From positions 19,964,001 through 20,028,000 of the forward strand of contig OZ059894.1 in the NCBI GenBank assembly GCA_964057225.1: a DNA stretch of 64,000 nucleotides. The letters run 5' to 3'. The notes under the pieces are model-generated. The model did no database searches, was not told where the DNA came from, and worked only from the letters and a program-made list of their open reading frames with translations. Below are positions 13,101 through 25,400 of this stretch, piece after piece. Numbering within the stretch: position 1 is the stretch's first letter; every line of letters starts with the position of its first letter. Made by a program: the position numbers and the translations under genes. This DNA is from Auanema rhodensis (taxonomy: Eukaryota > Animalia > Nematoda).

Positions 13101-16100
13101 CGTTTGAAAAATGATGCATTAGTGTATGTTGAGTTTCCATGTACACTCAATATTGCTTCCAAAAACATTTTGACAAAAATTTTTTCGAAAAATTTCAAAA
13201 TAATTTAGCAAAAAGTAGATGTTTTTAGATTCCTTTTTTCAAGGCAAAGACGATGGACAATGTTATTCAACGAAAAAATCATTTCTTCAGGGTGAAAATC
13301 GAGGATATAAGTGTGAACCTATATCAGTTGATTTCTCGGTGCATTTTTAAGCTAGCGCAAATCTGATAACACAGATCGACGCAGCTTAAAAAGCCGCATC
13401 GAATGCACTATACTACATTGAAAAACGTTTAATACAAAAATTAGTTATGATCGTTTGAAAAATGATGCATTAGTGTATGTTGAGTTTCCATGTACACTCA
13501 ACATTGCTTCCAAAAACATTTTGACAAAAATTTTTTCGAAAAATTTCAAAAGAATTTAGCAAAAAGTAGATGTTTTTAGATTCCATTTTTCAAGGCAAAG
13601 ACGATAGACAATGTTATTCAACGAAAAAATTAATTCTTTAGGGTGAAAATCGAGGATATAAGTGTGAACTTATATCAGTTGATATCTCGGTGCATTTTTA
13701 AGCTAGCGCAAATCTGATCACACAGATCGACGCAGCTTGAGAATCCGCATCGAATGCACTATACTACATTGAGAAACGCTTAATACACAAATTAGTTATG
13801 ATCGTTTGAAAAATGATGCATTAGTGTATGTTGAGTTTCCATGTACACTCAATATTGCTTCCAAAAACATTTTGACAAAAATTTTTTCGAAAAATTTCAA
13901 AAGAATTTAGCAAAAAGTAGATGTTTTTAGATTCCATTTTTCAAGGCAAAGATGATGGACAATGTTATTCAACGAAAAAATCATTTCTTCAGGGTGAAAA
14001 TCGAGGATATAAGTGTGAACCTATATCAGTTGATTTCTCGGTGCATTTTTAAGCTAGCGCAAATCTGATCACACAGATGGACGCAGCTTGAGAATCCGCA
14101 TCGAATGCACTATACTACATTGAGAAACGCTTAATACACAAATTAGTTATGATCGTTTGAAAAATGATGCATTAGTGTATGTTGAGTTTCCATGTACACT
14201 CAACATTGCTTCCAAAAACATTTTGACAAAAATTTTTTCGAAAAATTTCAAAAGAATTTAGCAAAAAGTAGATGTTTTTAGATTCCATTTTTCAAGGCAA
14301 AGACGATGGACAATGTTATTCAACGGAAAAATTAATTCTTTAGGGTGAAAATCGAGGATATAAGTGTGAACTTATATCAGTTGATATCTCGGTGCATTTT
14401 TAAGCTAGCGCAAATCTGATAACACAGATCGACGCAGCTTGAGAATCCGCATCGAATGCACTATACTACATTGAGAAACGCTTAATACACAAATTAGTTA
14501 TGATCGTTTGAAAAATGATGCATTAGTGTATGTTGAGTTTCCATGTACACTCAATATTGCTTCCAAAAACATTTTGACAAAAATTTTTTCGAAAAATTTC
14601 AAAAGAATTTAGCAAAAAGTAGATGTTTTTAGATTCCATTTTTCAAAGCAAAGACGATAGACAATGTTATTCAACGAAAAAATTAATTCTTTAGGGTGAA
14701 AATCGAGGATATAAGTGTGAACTTATATCAGTTGATATCTCGGTGCATTTTTAAGCTAGCGCAAATCTGATCACACAGATCGACGCAGCTTGAGAATCCG
14801 CATCGAATGCACTATACTACATTGAGAAACGCTTAATACACAAATTAGTTATGATCGTTTGAAAAATGATGCATTAGTGTATGTTGAGTTTCCATGTACA
14901 CTCAATATTGCTTCCAAAAACATTTTGACAAAAATTTTTTCGAAAAATTTCAAAAGAATTTAGCAAAAAGTAGATGTTTTTGGATTCCATTTTTCAAGGC
15001 AAAGATGATGGACAATGTTATTCAACGAAAAAATCATTTCTTCAGGGTGAAAATCGAGGATATAAGTGTGAACCTATATCAGTTGATTTCTCGGTGCATT
15101 TTTAAGCTAGCGCAAATCTGATCACACAGATGGACGCAGCTTGAGAATCCGCATCGAATGCACTATACTACATTGAGAAACGCTTAATACACAAATTAGT
15201 TATGATCGTTTGAAAAATGATGCATTAGTGTATGTTGAGTTTCCATGTACACTCAACATTGCTTCCAAAAACATTTTGACAAAAATTTTTTCGAAAAATT
15301 TCAAAAGAATTTAGCAAAAAGTAGATGTTTTTAGATTCCATTTTTCAAGGCAAAGACGATGGACAATGTTATTCAACGGAAAAATTAATTCTTTAGGGTG
15401 AAAATCGAGGATATAAGTGTGAACTTATATCAGTTGATATCTCGGTGCATTTTTAAGCTAGCGCAAATCTGATAACACAGATCGACGCAGCTTGAGAATC
15501 CGCATCGAATGCACTATACTACATTGAGAAACGCTTAATACACAAATTAGTTATGATCGTTTGAAAAATGATGCATTAGTGTATGTTGAGTTTCCATGTA
15601 CACTCAACATTGCTTCCAAAAACATTTTGACAAAAATTTTTTCGAAAAATTTCAAAATAATTTAGCAAAAAGTAGATGTTTTTGGATTCTTTTTTTCAAG
15701 GCAATGACGATGGACAATGTTATTCAACGAAAAAATTAATTCTTCAGGGTGAAAATCGAGGATATAAGTGTGAACTTATATCAGTTGATATCTCGGTGCA
15801 TTTTTAAGCTAGCGCAAATCTGATAACACAGATCGACGCAGCTTAAAAATCCGCATCGAATGCACTATACTACATTGAGAAACGCTTAATACAAAAATTA
15901 GTTATGATCGTTTGAAAAATGATGCATTAGTGTATATTGAAATTCCATGTACACTCAACATTGCTTCCAAAAACATTTTGACTAAAATTTTTTTGAAAAA
16001 TTTCAAAATAATTTAGCAAAAAGTAGATGTTTTTAGATTCCTTTTTTCAAGGCAAAGACGATGGACAATGTTATTCAACGAAAAAATTAATTCTTCAGGG

Positions 16101-16491
16101 TGAAAATCGAGGATATAAGTGTGAATTATATCAGTTGATATCTCGGTGCATTTTTAAGCTAGCGCAAATCTGATAACACAGATCGACGCAGCTTAAAAAT
16201 CCGCATCGAATGCACTATACTACATTGAAAAACGCTTAATACAAAAATTAGTTATGATCGTTTGAAAAATGATGCATTAGTGTATGTTGAGTTTCCATGT
16301 ACACTCAATATTGCTTCCAAAAACATTTTGACAAAAATTTTTTCGAAAAATTTCAAAATAATTTAGCAAAAAGTAGATGTTTTTAGATTCCTTTTTTCAA
16401 GGCAAAGACGATGGACAATGTTATTCAACGAAAAAATCATTTCTTCAGGGTGAAAATCGAGGATATAAGTGTGAACCTATATCAGTTGATT
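10176..16491. repeat. Near-identical tandem duplication of a 9-monomer unit (3158 bp x2)
   Basis: Rare markers repeat exactly 3158 bp apart: TTCAAAGCA 11489/14647; GATGGACG 10921/14079 and 11974/15132; T60G 10235/13393/16551; identical ORFs at 11736/14894. Confidence 0.92.
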
Positions 16492-19400
16492 TCTCGGTGC
16501 ATTTTTAAGCTAGCGCAAATCTGATAACACAGATCGACGCAGCTTAAAAAGCCGCATCGAATGCACTATACTACATTGAAAAACGTTTAATACAAAAATT
16601 AGTTATGATCGTTTGAAAAATGATGCATTAGTGTATGTTGAGTTTCCATGTACACTCAACATTGCTTCCAAAAACATTTTGACAAAAATTTTTTCGAAAA
16701 ATTTCAAAAGAATTTAGCAAAAAGTAGATGTTTTTAGATTCCATTTTTCAAGGCAAAGACGATAGACAATGTTATTCAACGAAAAAATTAATTCTTTAGG
16801 GTGAAAATCGAGGATATAAGTGTGAACTTATATCAGTTGATATCTCGGTGCATTTTTAAGCTAGCGCAAATCTGATCACACAGATCGACGCAGCTTGAGA
16901 ATCCGCATCGAATGCACTATACTACATTGAGAAACGCTTAATACACAAATTAGTTATGATCGTTTGAAAAATGATGCATTAGTGTATGTTGAGTTTCCAT
17001 GTACACTCAATATTGCTTCCAAAAACATTTTGACAAAAATTTTTTCGAAAAATTTCAAAAGAATTTAGCAAAAAGTAGATGTTTTTAGATTCCATTTTTC
17101 AAGGCAAAGATGATGGACAATGTTATTCAACGAAAAAATCATTTCTTCAGGGTGAAAATCGAGGATATAAGTGTGAACCTATATCAGTTGATTTCTCGGT
17201 GCATTTTTAAGCTAGCGCAAATCTGATAACACAGATCGACGCAGCTTAAAAAGCCGCATCGAATGCACTATACTACATTGAAAAACGTTTAATACAAAAA
17301 TTAGTTATGATCGTTTGAAAAATGATGCATTAGTGTATGTTGAGTTTCCATGTACACTCAACATTGCTTCCAAAAACATTTTGACAAAAATTTTTTCGAA
17401 AAATTTCAAAAGAATTTAGCAAAAAGTAGATGTTTTTAGATTCCATTTTTCAAGGCAAAGACGATAGACAATGTTATTCAACGAAAAAATTAATTCTTTA
17501 GGGTGAAAATCGAGGATATAAGTGTGAACTTATATCAGTTGATATCTCGGTGCATTTTTAAGCTAGCGCAAATCTGATCACACAGATCGACGCAGCTTGA
17601 GAATCCGCATCGAATGCACTATACTACATTGAGAAACGCTTAATACACAAATTAGTTATGATCGTTTGAAAAATGATGCATTAGTGTATGTTGAGTTTTC
17701 ATGTACACTCAATATTGCTTCCAAAAACATTTTGACAAAAATTTTTTCGAAAAATTTCAAAAGAATTTAGCAAAAAGTAGATGTTTTTAGATTCCATTTT
17801 TCAAGGCAAAGATGATGGACAATGTTATTCAACGAAAAAATCATTTCTTCAGGGTGAAAATCGAGGATATAAGTGTGAACTTATATCAGTTGATATCTCG
17901 CTGCATTTTTAAGCTAGCGCAAATCTGATAACACAGATCGACGCAGCTTAAAAATCCGCATCGAATGCACTATACTACATTGAGAAACGCTTAATACAAA
18001 AATTAGTTATGATCGTTTGAAAAATGATGCATTAGTGTATGTTGAGTTTCCATGTACACTCAACATTGCTTCCAAAAACATTTTGACAATAATTTTTTCG
18101 AAAAATTTCAAAATAAATTAGCAAAAAGTAGATGTTTTTAGATTCCTTTTTTCAAGGCAAAGACGATGGACAATGTTATTCAACGAAAAAATTAATTCTT
18201 CAGGGTGAAAATCGAGGATATAAGTGTGAACTTATATCAGTTGATATCTCGGTGCATTTTTAAGCTAGCGCAAATCTGATAACACAGATCGACGCAGCTT
18301 AAAAATCCGCATCGAATGCAGTATACTACATTGAGAAACGCTTAATACAAAAATTAGTTATGATCGTTTGAAAAATGATGCATTAGTGTATGTTGAGTTT
18401 CCATGTACACTCAACATTGCTTCCAAAAACATTTTGACAAAAATTTTTTCAAAAAATTTCAAAATAAATTAGCAAAAAGTAGATGTTTTTAGATTCCTTT
18501 TTTCAAGGCAAAGACGATGGACAATGTTATTCAACGAAAAAATTAATTCTTCAGGGTGAAAATCGAGGATATAAGTGTGAACTTATATCAGTTGATATCT
18601 CGGTGCATTTTCAAGCTAGCGCAAATCTGATAACACAGATCGACGCAGCTTAAAAATCCGCAGCGAATGCACTATACTACATTGAGAAACGCTTAATACA
18701 AAAATTAGTTATGATCGTTTGAAAAATGATGCATTAGTGTATGTTGAGTTTCCATGTACACTCAACATTGCTTCCAAAAACATTTTGACAAAAATTTTTT
18801 CAAAAAATTTCAAAATAAATTAGCAAAAAGTAGATGTTTTTAGATTCCTTTTTTCAAGGCAAAGACGATGGACAATGTTATTCAACGAAAAAATTAATTC
18901 TTCAGGGTGAAAATCGAGGATATAAGTGTGAACTTATATCAGTTGATATCTCGGTGCATTTTCAAGCTAGCGCAAATCTGATAACACAGATCGACGCAGC
19001 TTAAAAATCCGCAGCGAATGCACTATACTACATTGAGAAACGCTTAATACAAAAATTAGTTATGATCGTTTGAAAAATGATGCATTAGTGTATGTTGAGT
19101 TTCCATGTACACTCAACATTGCTTCCAAAAACATTTTGACAAAAATTTTTTCGAAAAATTTCAGAATAATTTAGCAAAAAGTAGATGTTTTTAGATTCCC
19201 TTTTTCAAGGCAAAGACGATGGACAATGTTATTCAACGAAAAAATTAATTCTTCAGGGTGAAAATCGAGGATATAAGTGTGAACTTTTATCAGTTGATAT
19301 CTCGGTGCATTTTTAAGCTAGCGCAAATCTGATAACACAGATCGACGCAGCTTAAAAATCCGCATCGAATGCACTATACTACATTGAAAAACGCTTAATA

Positions 19401-22400
19401 CAAAAATTAGTTATGATCGTTTGAAAAATGATGCATTAGTGTATGTTGAGTTTCCATGTACACTCAACATTGCTTCCAAAAACATTTTGACAAAAATTTT
19501 TTCGAAAAATTTCAAAATAATTTAGCAAAAAGTAGATGTTTTTAGATTCCTTTTTTCAAGGCAAAGACGATGGACAATGTTATTCAACGAAAAAATTAAT
19601 TCTTCAGGGTGAAAATCGAGGATATAAGTGTGAACTTATATCAGTTGATATCTCGGTGCATTTTTAAGCTAGCGCAAATCTGATAACACAGATCGACGCA
19701 GCTTAAAAATCCGCATCGAATGCACTACACTACATTGAGAAACGCTTAATACAAAAATTAGTTATGATCGTTTGAAAAATGATGCATTAGTGTATGTTGA
19801 GTTTCCATGTACACTCAACATTGCTTCCAAAAACATTTTGACAATAATTTTTTCGAAAAATTTCAAAATAAATTAGCAAAAAGTAGATGTTTTTAGATTC
19901 CTTTTTTCAAGGCAAAGACGATGGACAGTGTTATTCAACGAAAAAATTAATTCTTCAGGGTGAAAATCGAGGATATAAGTGTGAACTTATATCAGTTGAT
20001 ATCTCGGTGCATTTTTAAGCTAGCGCAAATCTGATAACACAGATCGACGCAGCTTAAAAATCCGCATCGAATGCAGTATACTACATTGAGAAACGCTTAA
20101 TACAAAAATTAGTTATGATCGTTTGAAAAATGATGCATTAGTGTATGTTGAGTTTCCATGTACACTCAACATTGCTTCCAAAAACATTTTGACAAAAATT
20201 TTTTCAAAAAATTTCAAAATAAATTAGCAAAAAGTAGATGTTTTTAGATTCCCTTTTTCAAGGCAAAGACGATGGACAATGTTATTCAACGAAAAAATTA
20301 ATTCTTCAGGGTGAAAATCGAGGATATAAGTGTGAACTTATATCAGTTGATATCTCGGTGCATTTTTAAGCTAGCGCAAATCTGATAACACAGATCGACG
20401 CAGCTTAAAAATTCGCATCGAATGCACTATACTACATTGAGAAACGCTTAATACAAAAATTATGTTATGATCGTTTGAAAAATGATGCATTAGTGTATGT
20501 TGAGTTTCCATGTACACTCAACATTGCTTCCAAAAACATTTTGACAATAATTTTTTCGAAAAATTTCAAAATAAATTAGCAAAAAGTAGATGTTTTTAGA
20601 TTCCTTTTTTCAAGGCAAAGACGATGGACAATGTTATTCAACGAAAAAATTAATTCTTCAGGGTGAAAATCGAGGATATAAGTGTGAACTTATATCAGTT
20701 GATATCTCGGTGCATTTTTAAGCTAGCGCAAATCTGATAACACAGATCGACGCAGCTTAAAAATCCGCATCGAATGCACTATACTACATTGAGAAAAGCT
20801 TAATACAAAAATTAGTTATGATCGTTTGAAAAATGATGCATTAGTGTATGTTGAGTTTCCATGTACACTCAACATTGCTTCCAAACACATTTTGACAATA
20901 ATTTTTTCGAAAAATTTCAAAATAAATTAGCAAAAAGTAGATGTTTTTAGATTCCTTTTTTCAAGGCAAAGACGATGGACAATGTTATTCAACGAAAAAA
21001 TTAATTCTTCAGGGTGAAAATCGAGGATATAAGTGTGAACTTATATCAGTTGATATCTCGGTGCATTTTCAAGCTAGCGCAAATCTGATAACACAGATCG
21101 ACGCAGCTTAAAAATCCGCATCGAATGCACTATACTACATTGAGAAACGCTTAATACAAAAATTAGTTATGATCGTTTGAAAAATGATGCATTAGTGTAT
21201 GTTGAGTTTCCATGTACACTCAACATTGCTTCCAAAAACATTTTGACAAAAATTTTTTCGAAAAATTTCAGAATAATTTAGCAAAAAGTAGATGTTTTTA
21301 GATTCCTTTTTTCAAGGCAAAGACGATGGACAATGTTATTCAACGAAAAAATTAATTCTTCAGGGTGAAAATCGAGGATATAAGTGTGAACTTTTATCAG
21401 TTGATATCTCGGTGCATTTTTAAGCTAGCGCAAATCTGATAACACAGATCGACGCAGCTTAAAAATCCGCATCGAATGCACTATACTACATTGAGAAACG
21501 CTTAATACAAAAATTAGTTATGATCGTTTGAAAAATGATCCATTATTGTATGTTGAGTTTCCATGTACACTCAACATTGCTTCCAAAAACATTTTGACAA
21601 AAATTTTTTCGAAAAATTTCAAAATAATTTAGCAAAAAGTAGATGTTTTTAGATTCCTTTTTTCAAGGCAAAGACGATGGACAATGTTATTCAACGAAAA
21701 AATTAATTCTTCAGGGTGAAAATCGAGGATATAAGTGTGAACATATATCAGTTGATATCTCGGTGCATTTTCAAGCTAGCGCAAATCTGATAACACAGAT
21801 CGACGCAGCTTAAAAATCCGCATCGAATGCAGTATACTACATTGAGAAACGCTTAATACAAAAATTAGTTATGATCGTTTGAAAAATGATGCATTAGTGT
21901 ATGTTGAGTTTCCATGTACACTCAACATTGCTTCCAAAAACATTTTGACAAAAATTTTTTCGAAAAATTTCAGAATAATTTAGCAAAAAGTAGATGTTTT
22001 TAGATTCCTTTTTTCAAGGCAAAGACGATGGACAATGTTATTCAACGAAAAAATTAATTCTTCAGGGTGAAAATCGAGGATATAAGTGTGAACTTTTATC
22101 AGTTGATATCTCGGTGCATTTTTAAGCTAGCGCAAATCTGATAACACAGATCGACGCAGCTTAAAAATCCGCATCGAATGCACTATACTACATTGAGAAA
22201 CGCTTAATACAAAAATTAGTTATGATCGTTTGAAAAATGATCCATTATTGTATGTTGAGTTTCCATGTACACTCAACATTGCTTCCAAAAACATTTTGAC
22301 AAAAATTTTTTCGAAAAATTTCAAAATAATTTAGCAAAAAGTAGATGTTTTTAGATTCCTTTTTTCAAGGCAAAGACGATGGACAATGTTATTCAACGAA

Positions 22401-25400
22401 AAAATTAATTCTTCAGGGTGAAAATCGAGGATATAAGTGTGAACATATATCAGTTGATATCTCGGTGCATTTTCAAGCTAGCGCAAATCTGATAACACAG
22501 ATCGACGCAGCTTAAAAATCCGCATCGAATGCACTATACTACATTGAGAAACGCTTAATACAAAAATTAGTTATGATCGTTTGAAAAATGATGCATTAGT
22601 GTATGTTGAGTTTCCATGTACACTCAACATTGCTTCCAAAAACATTTTGACAATAATTTTTTCGAAAAATTTCAAAATAAATTAGCAAAAAGTAGATGTT
22701 TTTAGATTCCTTTTTTCAAGGCAAAGACGATGGACAATGTTATTCAACGAAAAAATTAATTCTTCAGGGTGAAAATCGAGGATATAAGTGTGAACTTATA
22801 TCAGTTGATATCTCGGTGCATTTTTAAGCTAGCGCAAATCTGATAACACAGATCGACGCAGCTTAAAAATCCGCATCGAATGCAGTATACTACATTGAGA
22901 AACGCTTAATACAAAAATTAGTTATGATCGTTTGAAAAATGATGCATTAGTGTATGTTGAGTTTCCATGTACACTCAACATTGCTTCCAAAAACATTTTG
23001 ACAAAAATTTTTTCAAAAAATTTCAAAATAAATTAGCAAAAAGTAGATGTTTTTAGATTCCTTTTTTCAAGGCAAAGACGATGGACAATGTTATTCAACG
23101 AAAAAATTAATTCTTCAGGGTGAAAATCGAGGATATAAGTGTGAACTTATATCAGTTGATATCTCGGTGCATTTTCAAGCTAGCGCAAATCTGATAACAC
23201 AGATCGACGCAGCTTAAAAATCCGCAGCGAATGCACTATACTACATTGAGAAACGCTTAATACAAAAATTAGTTATGATCGTTTGAAAAATGATGCATTA
23301 GTGTATGTTGAGTTTCCATGTACACTCAACATTGCTTCCAAAAACATTTTGACAAAAATTTTTTCGAAAAATTTCAGAATAATTTAGCAAAAAGTAGATG
23401 TTTTTAGATTCCCTTTTTCAAGGCAAAGACGATGGACAATGTTATTCAACGAAAAAATTAATTCTTCAGGGTGAAAATCGAGGATATAAGTGTGAACTTT
23501 TATCAGTTGATATCTCGGTGCATTTTTAAGCTAGCGCAAATCTGATAACACAGATCGACGCAGCTTAAAAATCCGCATCGAATGCACTATACTACATTGA
23601 GAAACGCTTAATACAAAAATTAGTTATGATCGTTTGAAAAATGATGCATTAGTGTATGTTGAGTTTCCATGTACACTCAACATTGCTTCCAAAAACATTT
23701 TGACAATAATTTTTTCGAAAAATTTCAAAATAAATTAGCAAAAAGTAGATGTTTTTAGATTCCTTTTTTCAAGGCAAAGACGATGGACAATGTTATTCAA
23801 CGAAAAAATTAATTCTTCAGGGTGAAAATCGAGGATATAAGTGTGAACATATATCAGTTGATATCTCGGTGCATTTTCAAGCTAGCGCAAATCTGATAAC
23901 ACAGATCGACGCAGCTTAAAAATCCGCATCGAATGCACTATACTACATTGAGAAACGCTTAATACAAAAATTAGTTATGATCGTTTGAAAAATGATGCAT
24001 TAGTGTATGTTGAGTTTCCATGTACACTCAACATTGCTTCCAAAAACATTTTGACAATAATTTTTTCGAAAAATTTCAAAATAAATTAGCAAAAAGTAGA
24101 TGTTTTTAGATTCCTTTTTTCAAGGCAAAGACGATGGACAATGTTATTCAACGAAAAAATTAATTCTTCAGGGTGAAAATCGAGGATATAAGTGTGAACA
24201 TATATCAGTTGATATCTCGGTGCATTTTCAAGCTAGCGCAAATCTGATAACACAGATCGACGCAGCTTAAAAATCCGCATCGAATGCACTATACTACATT
24301 GAGAAACGCTTAATACAAAAATTAGTTATGATCGTTTGAAAAATGATGCATTAGTGTATGTTGAGTTTCCATGTACACTCAACATTGCTTCCAAAAACAT
24401 TTTGACAATAATTTTTTCGAAAAATTTCAAAATAAATTAGCAAAAAGTAGATGTTTTTAGATTCCTTTTTTCAAGGCAAAGACGATGGACAATGTTATTC
24501 AACGAAAAAATTAATTCTTCAGGGTGAAAATCGAGGATATAAGTGTGAACATATATTAGTTGATATCTCGGTGCATTTTCAAGCTAGCGCAAATCTGATA
24601 ACACAGATCGACGCAGCTTAAAAATCCGCATCGAATGCACTATACTACATTGAGAAACGCTTAATACAAAAATTAGTTATGATCGTTTGAAAAATGATGC
24701 ATTAGTGTATGTTGAGTTTCCATGTACACTCAACATTGCTTCCAAAAACATTTTGACAATAATTTTTTCGAAAAATTTCAAAATAAATTAGCAAAAAGTA
24801 GATGTTTTTAGATTCCTTTTTTCAAGGCAAAGACGATGGACAATGTTATTCAACGAAAAAATTAATTCTTCAGGGTGAAAATCGAGGATATAAGTGTGAA
24901 CATATATCAGTTGATATCTCGGTGCATTTTCAAGCTAGCGCAAATCTGATAACACAGATCGACGCAGCTTAAAAATCCGCATCGAATGCACTATACTACA
25001 TTGAGAAACGCTTAATACAAAAATTAGTTATGATCGTTTGAAAAATGATGCATTAGTGTATGTTGAGTTTCCATGTACACTCAACATTGCTTCCAAAAAC
25101 ATTTTGACAATAATTTTTTCGAAAAATTTCAAAATAAATTAGCAAAAAGTAGATGTTTTTAGATTCCTTTTTTCAAGGCAAAGACGATGGACAATGTTAT
25201 TCAACGAAAAAATTAATTCTTCAGGGTGAAAATCGAGGATATAAGTGTGAACTTATATCAGTTGATATCTCGGTGCATTTTTAAGCTAGCGCAAATCTGA
25301 TAACACAGATCGACGCAGCTTAAAAATCCGCATCGAATGCAGTATACTACATTGAGAAACGTTTAATACAAAAATTAGTTATGATCGTTTGAAAAATGAT

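Larger units (their letters stand above)
1..17895. repeat. Satellite subdomain A (51 monomers), more heterogeneous, with ~9-mer higher-order organisation
   Basis: Variants seen only here include T219G (AAAAGAATTT), T252A (CCATTTT), A35C (TGATCAC), A55G/A57G (CTTGAGAAT), ACACAAATT, C169T (CAATATT), T60G (AAAAAGCC), AATCATTTC and T337C. The T60G marker lies at 60, 411, 3569, 7078, 10235, 13393, 16551 and 17253. Confidence 0.9.

Noticed and set aside
14894-15121. Identical 75-aa ORF
   Set aside because: It is a copy produced by the 3158-bp duplication, so it is not independent evidence of coding.
18088-18119. Compensatory relocation of AATAATTT (A195T creates it, linked T222A destroys the other copy)
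   Set aside because: Monomers with both copies or with neither exist, and simple haplotype linkage explains the association.
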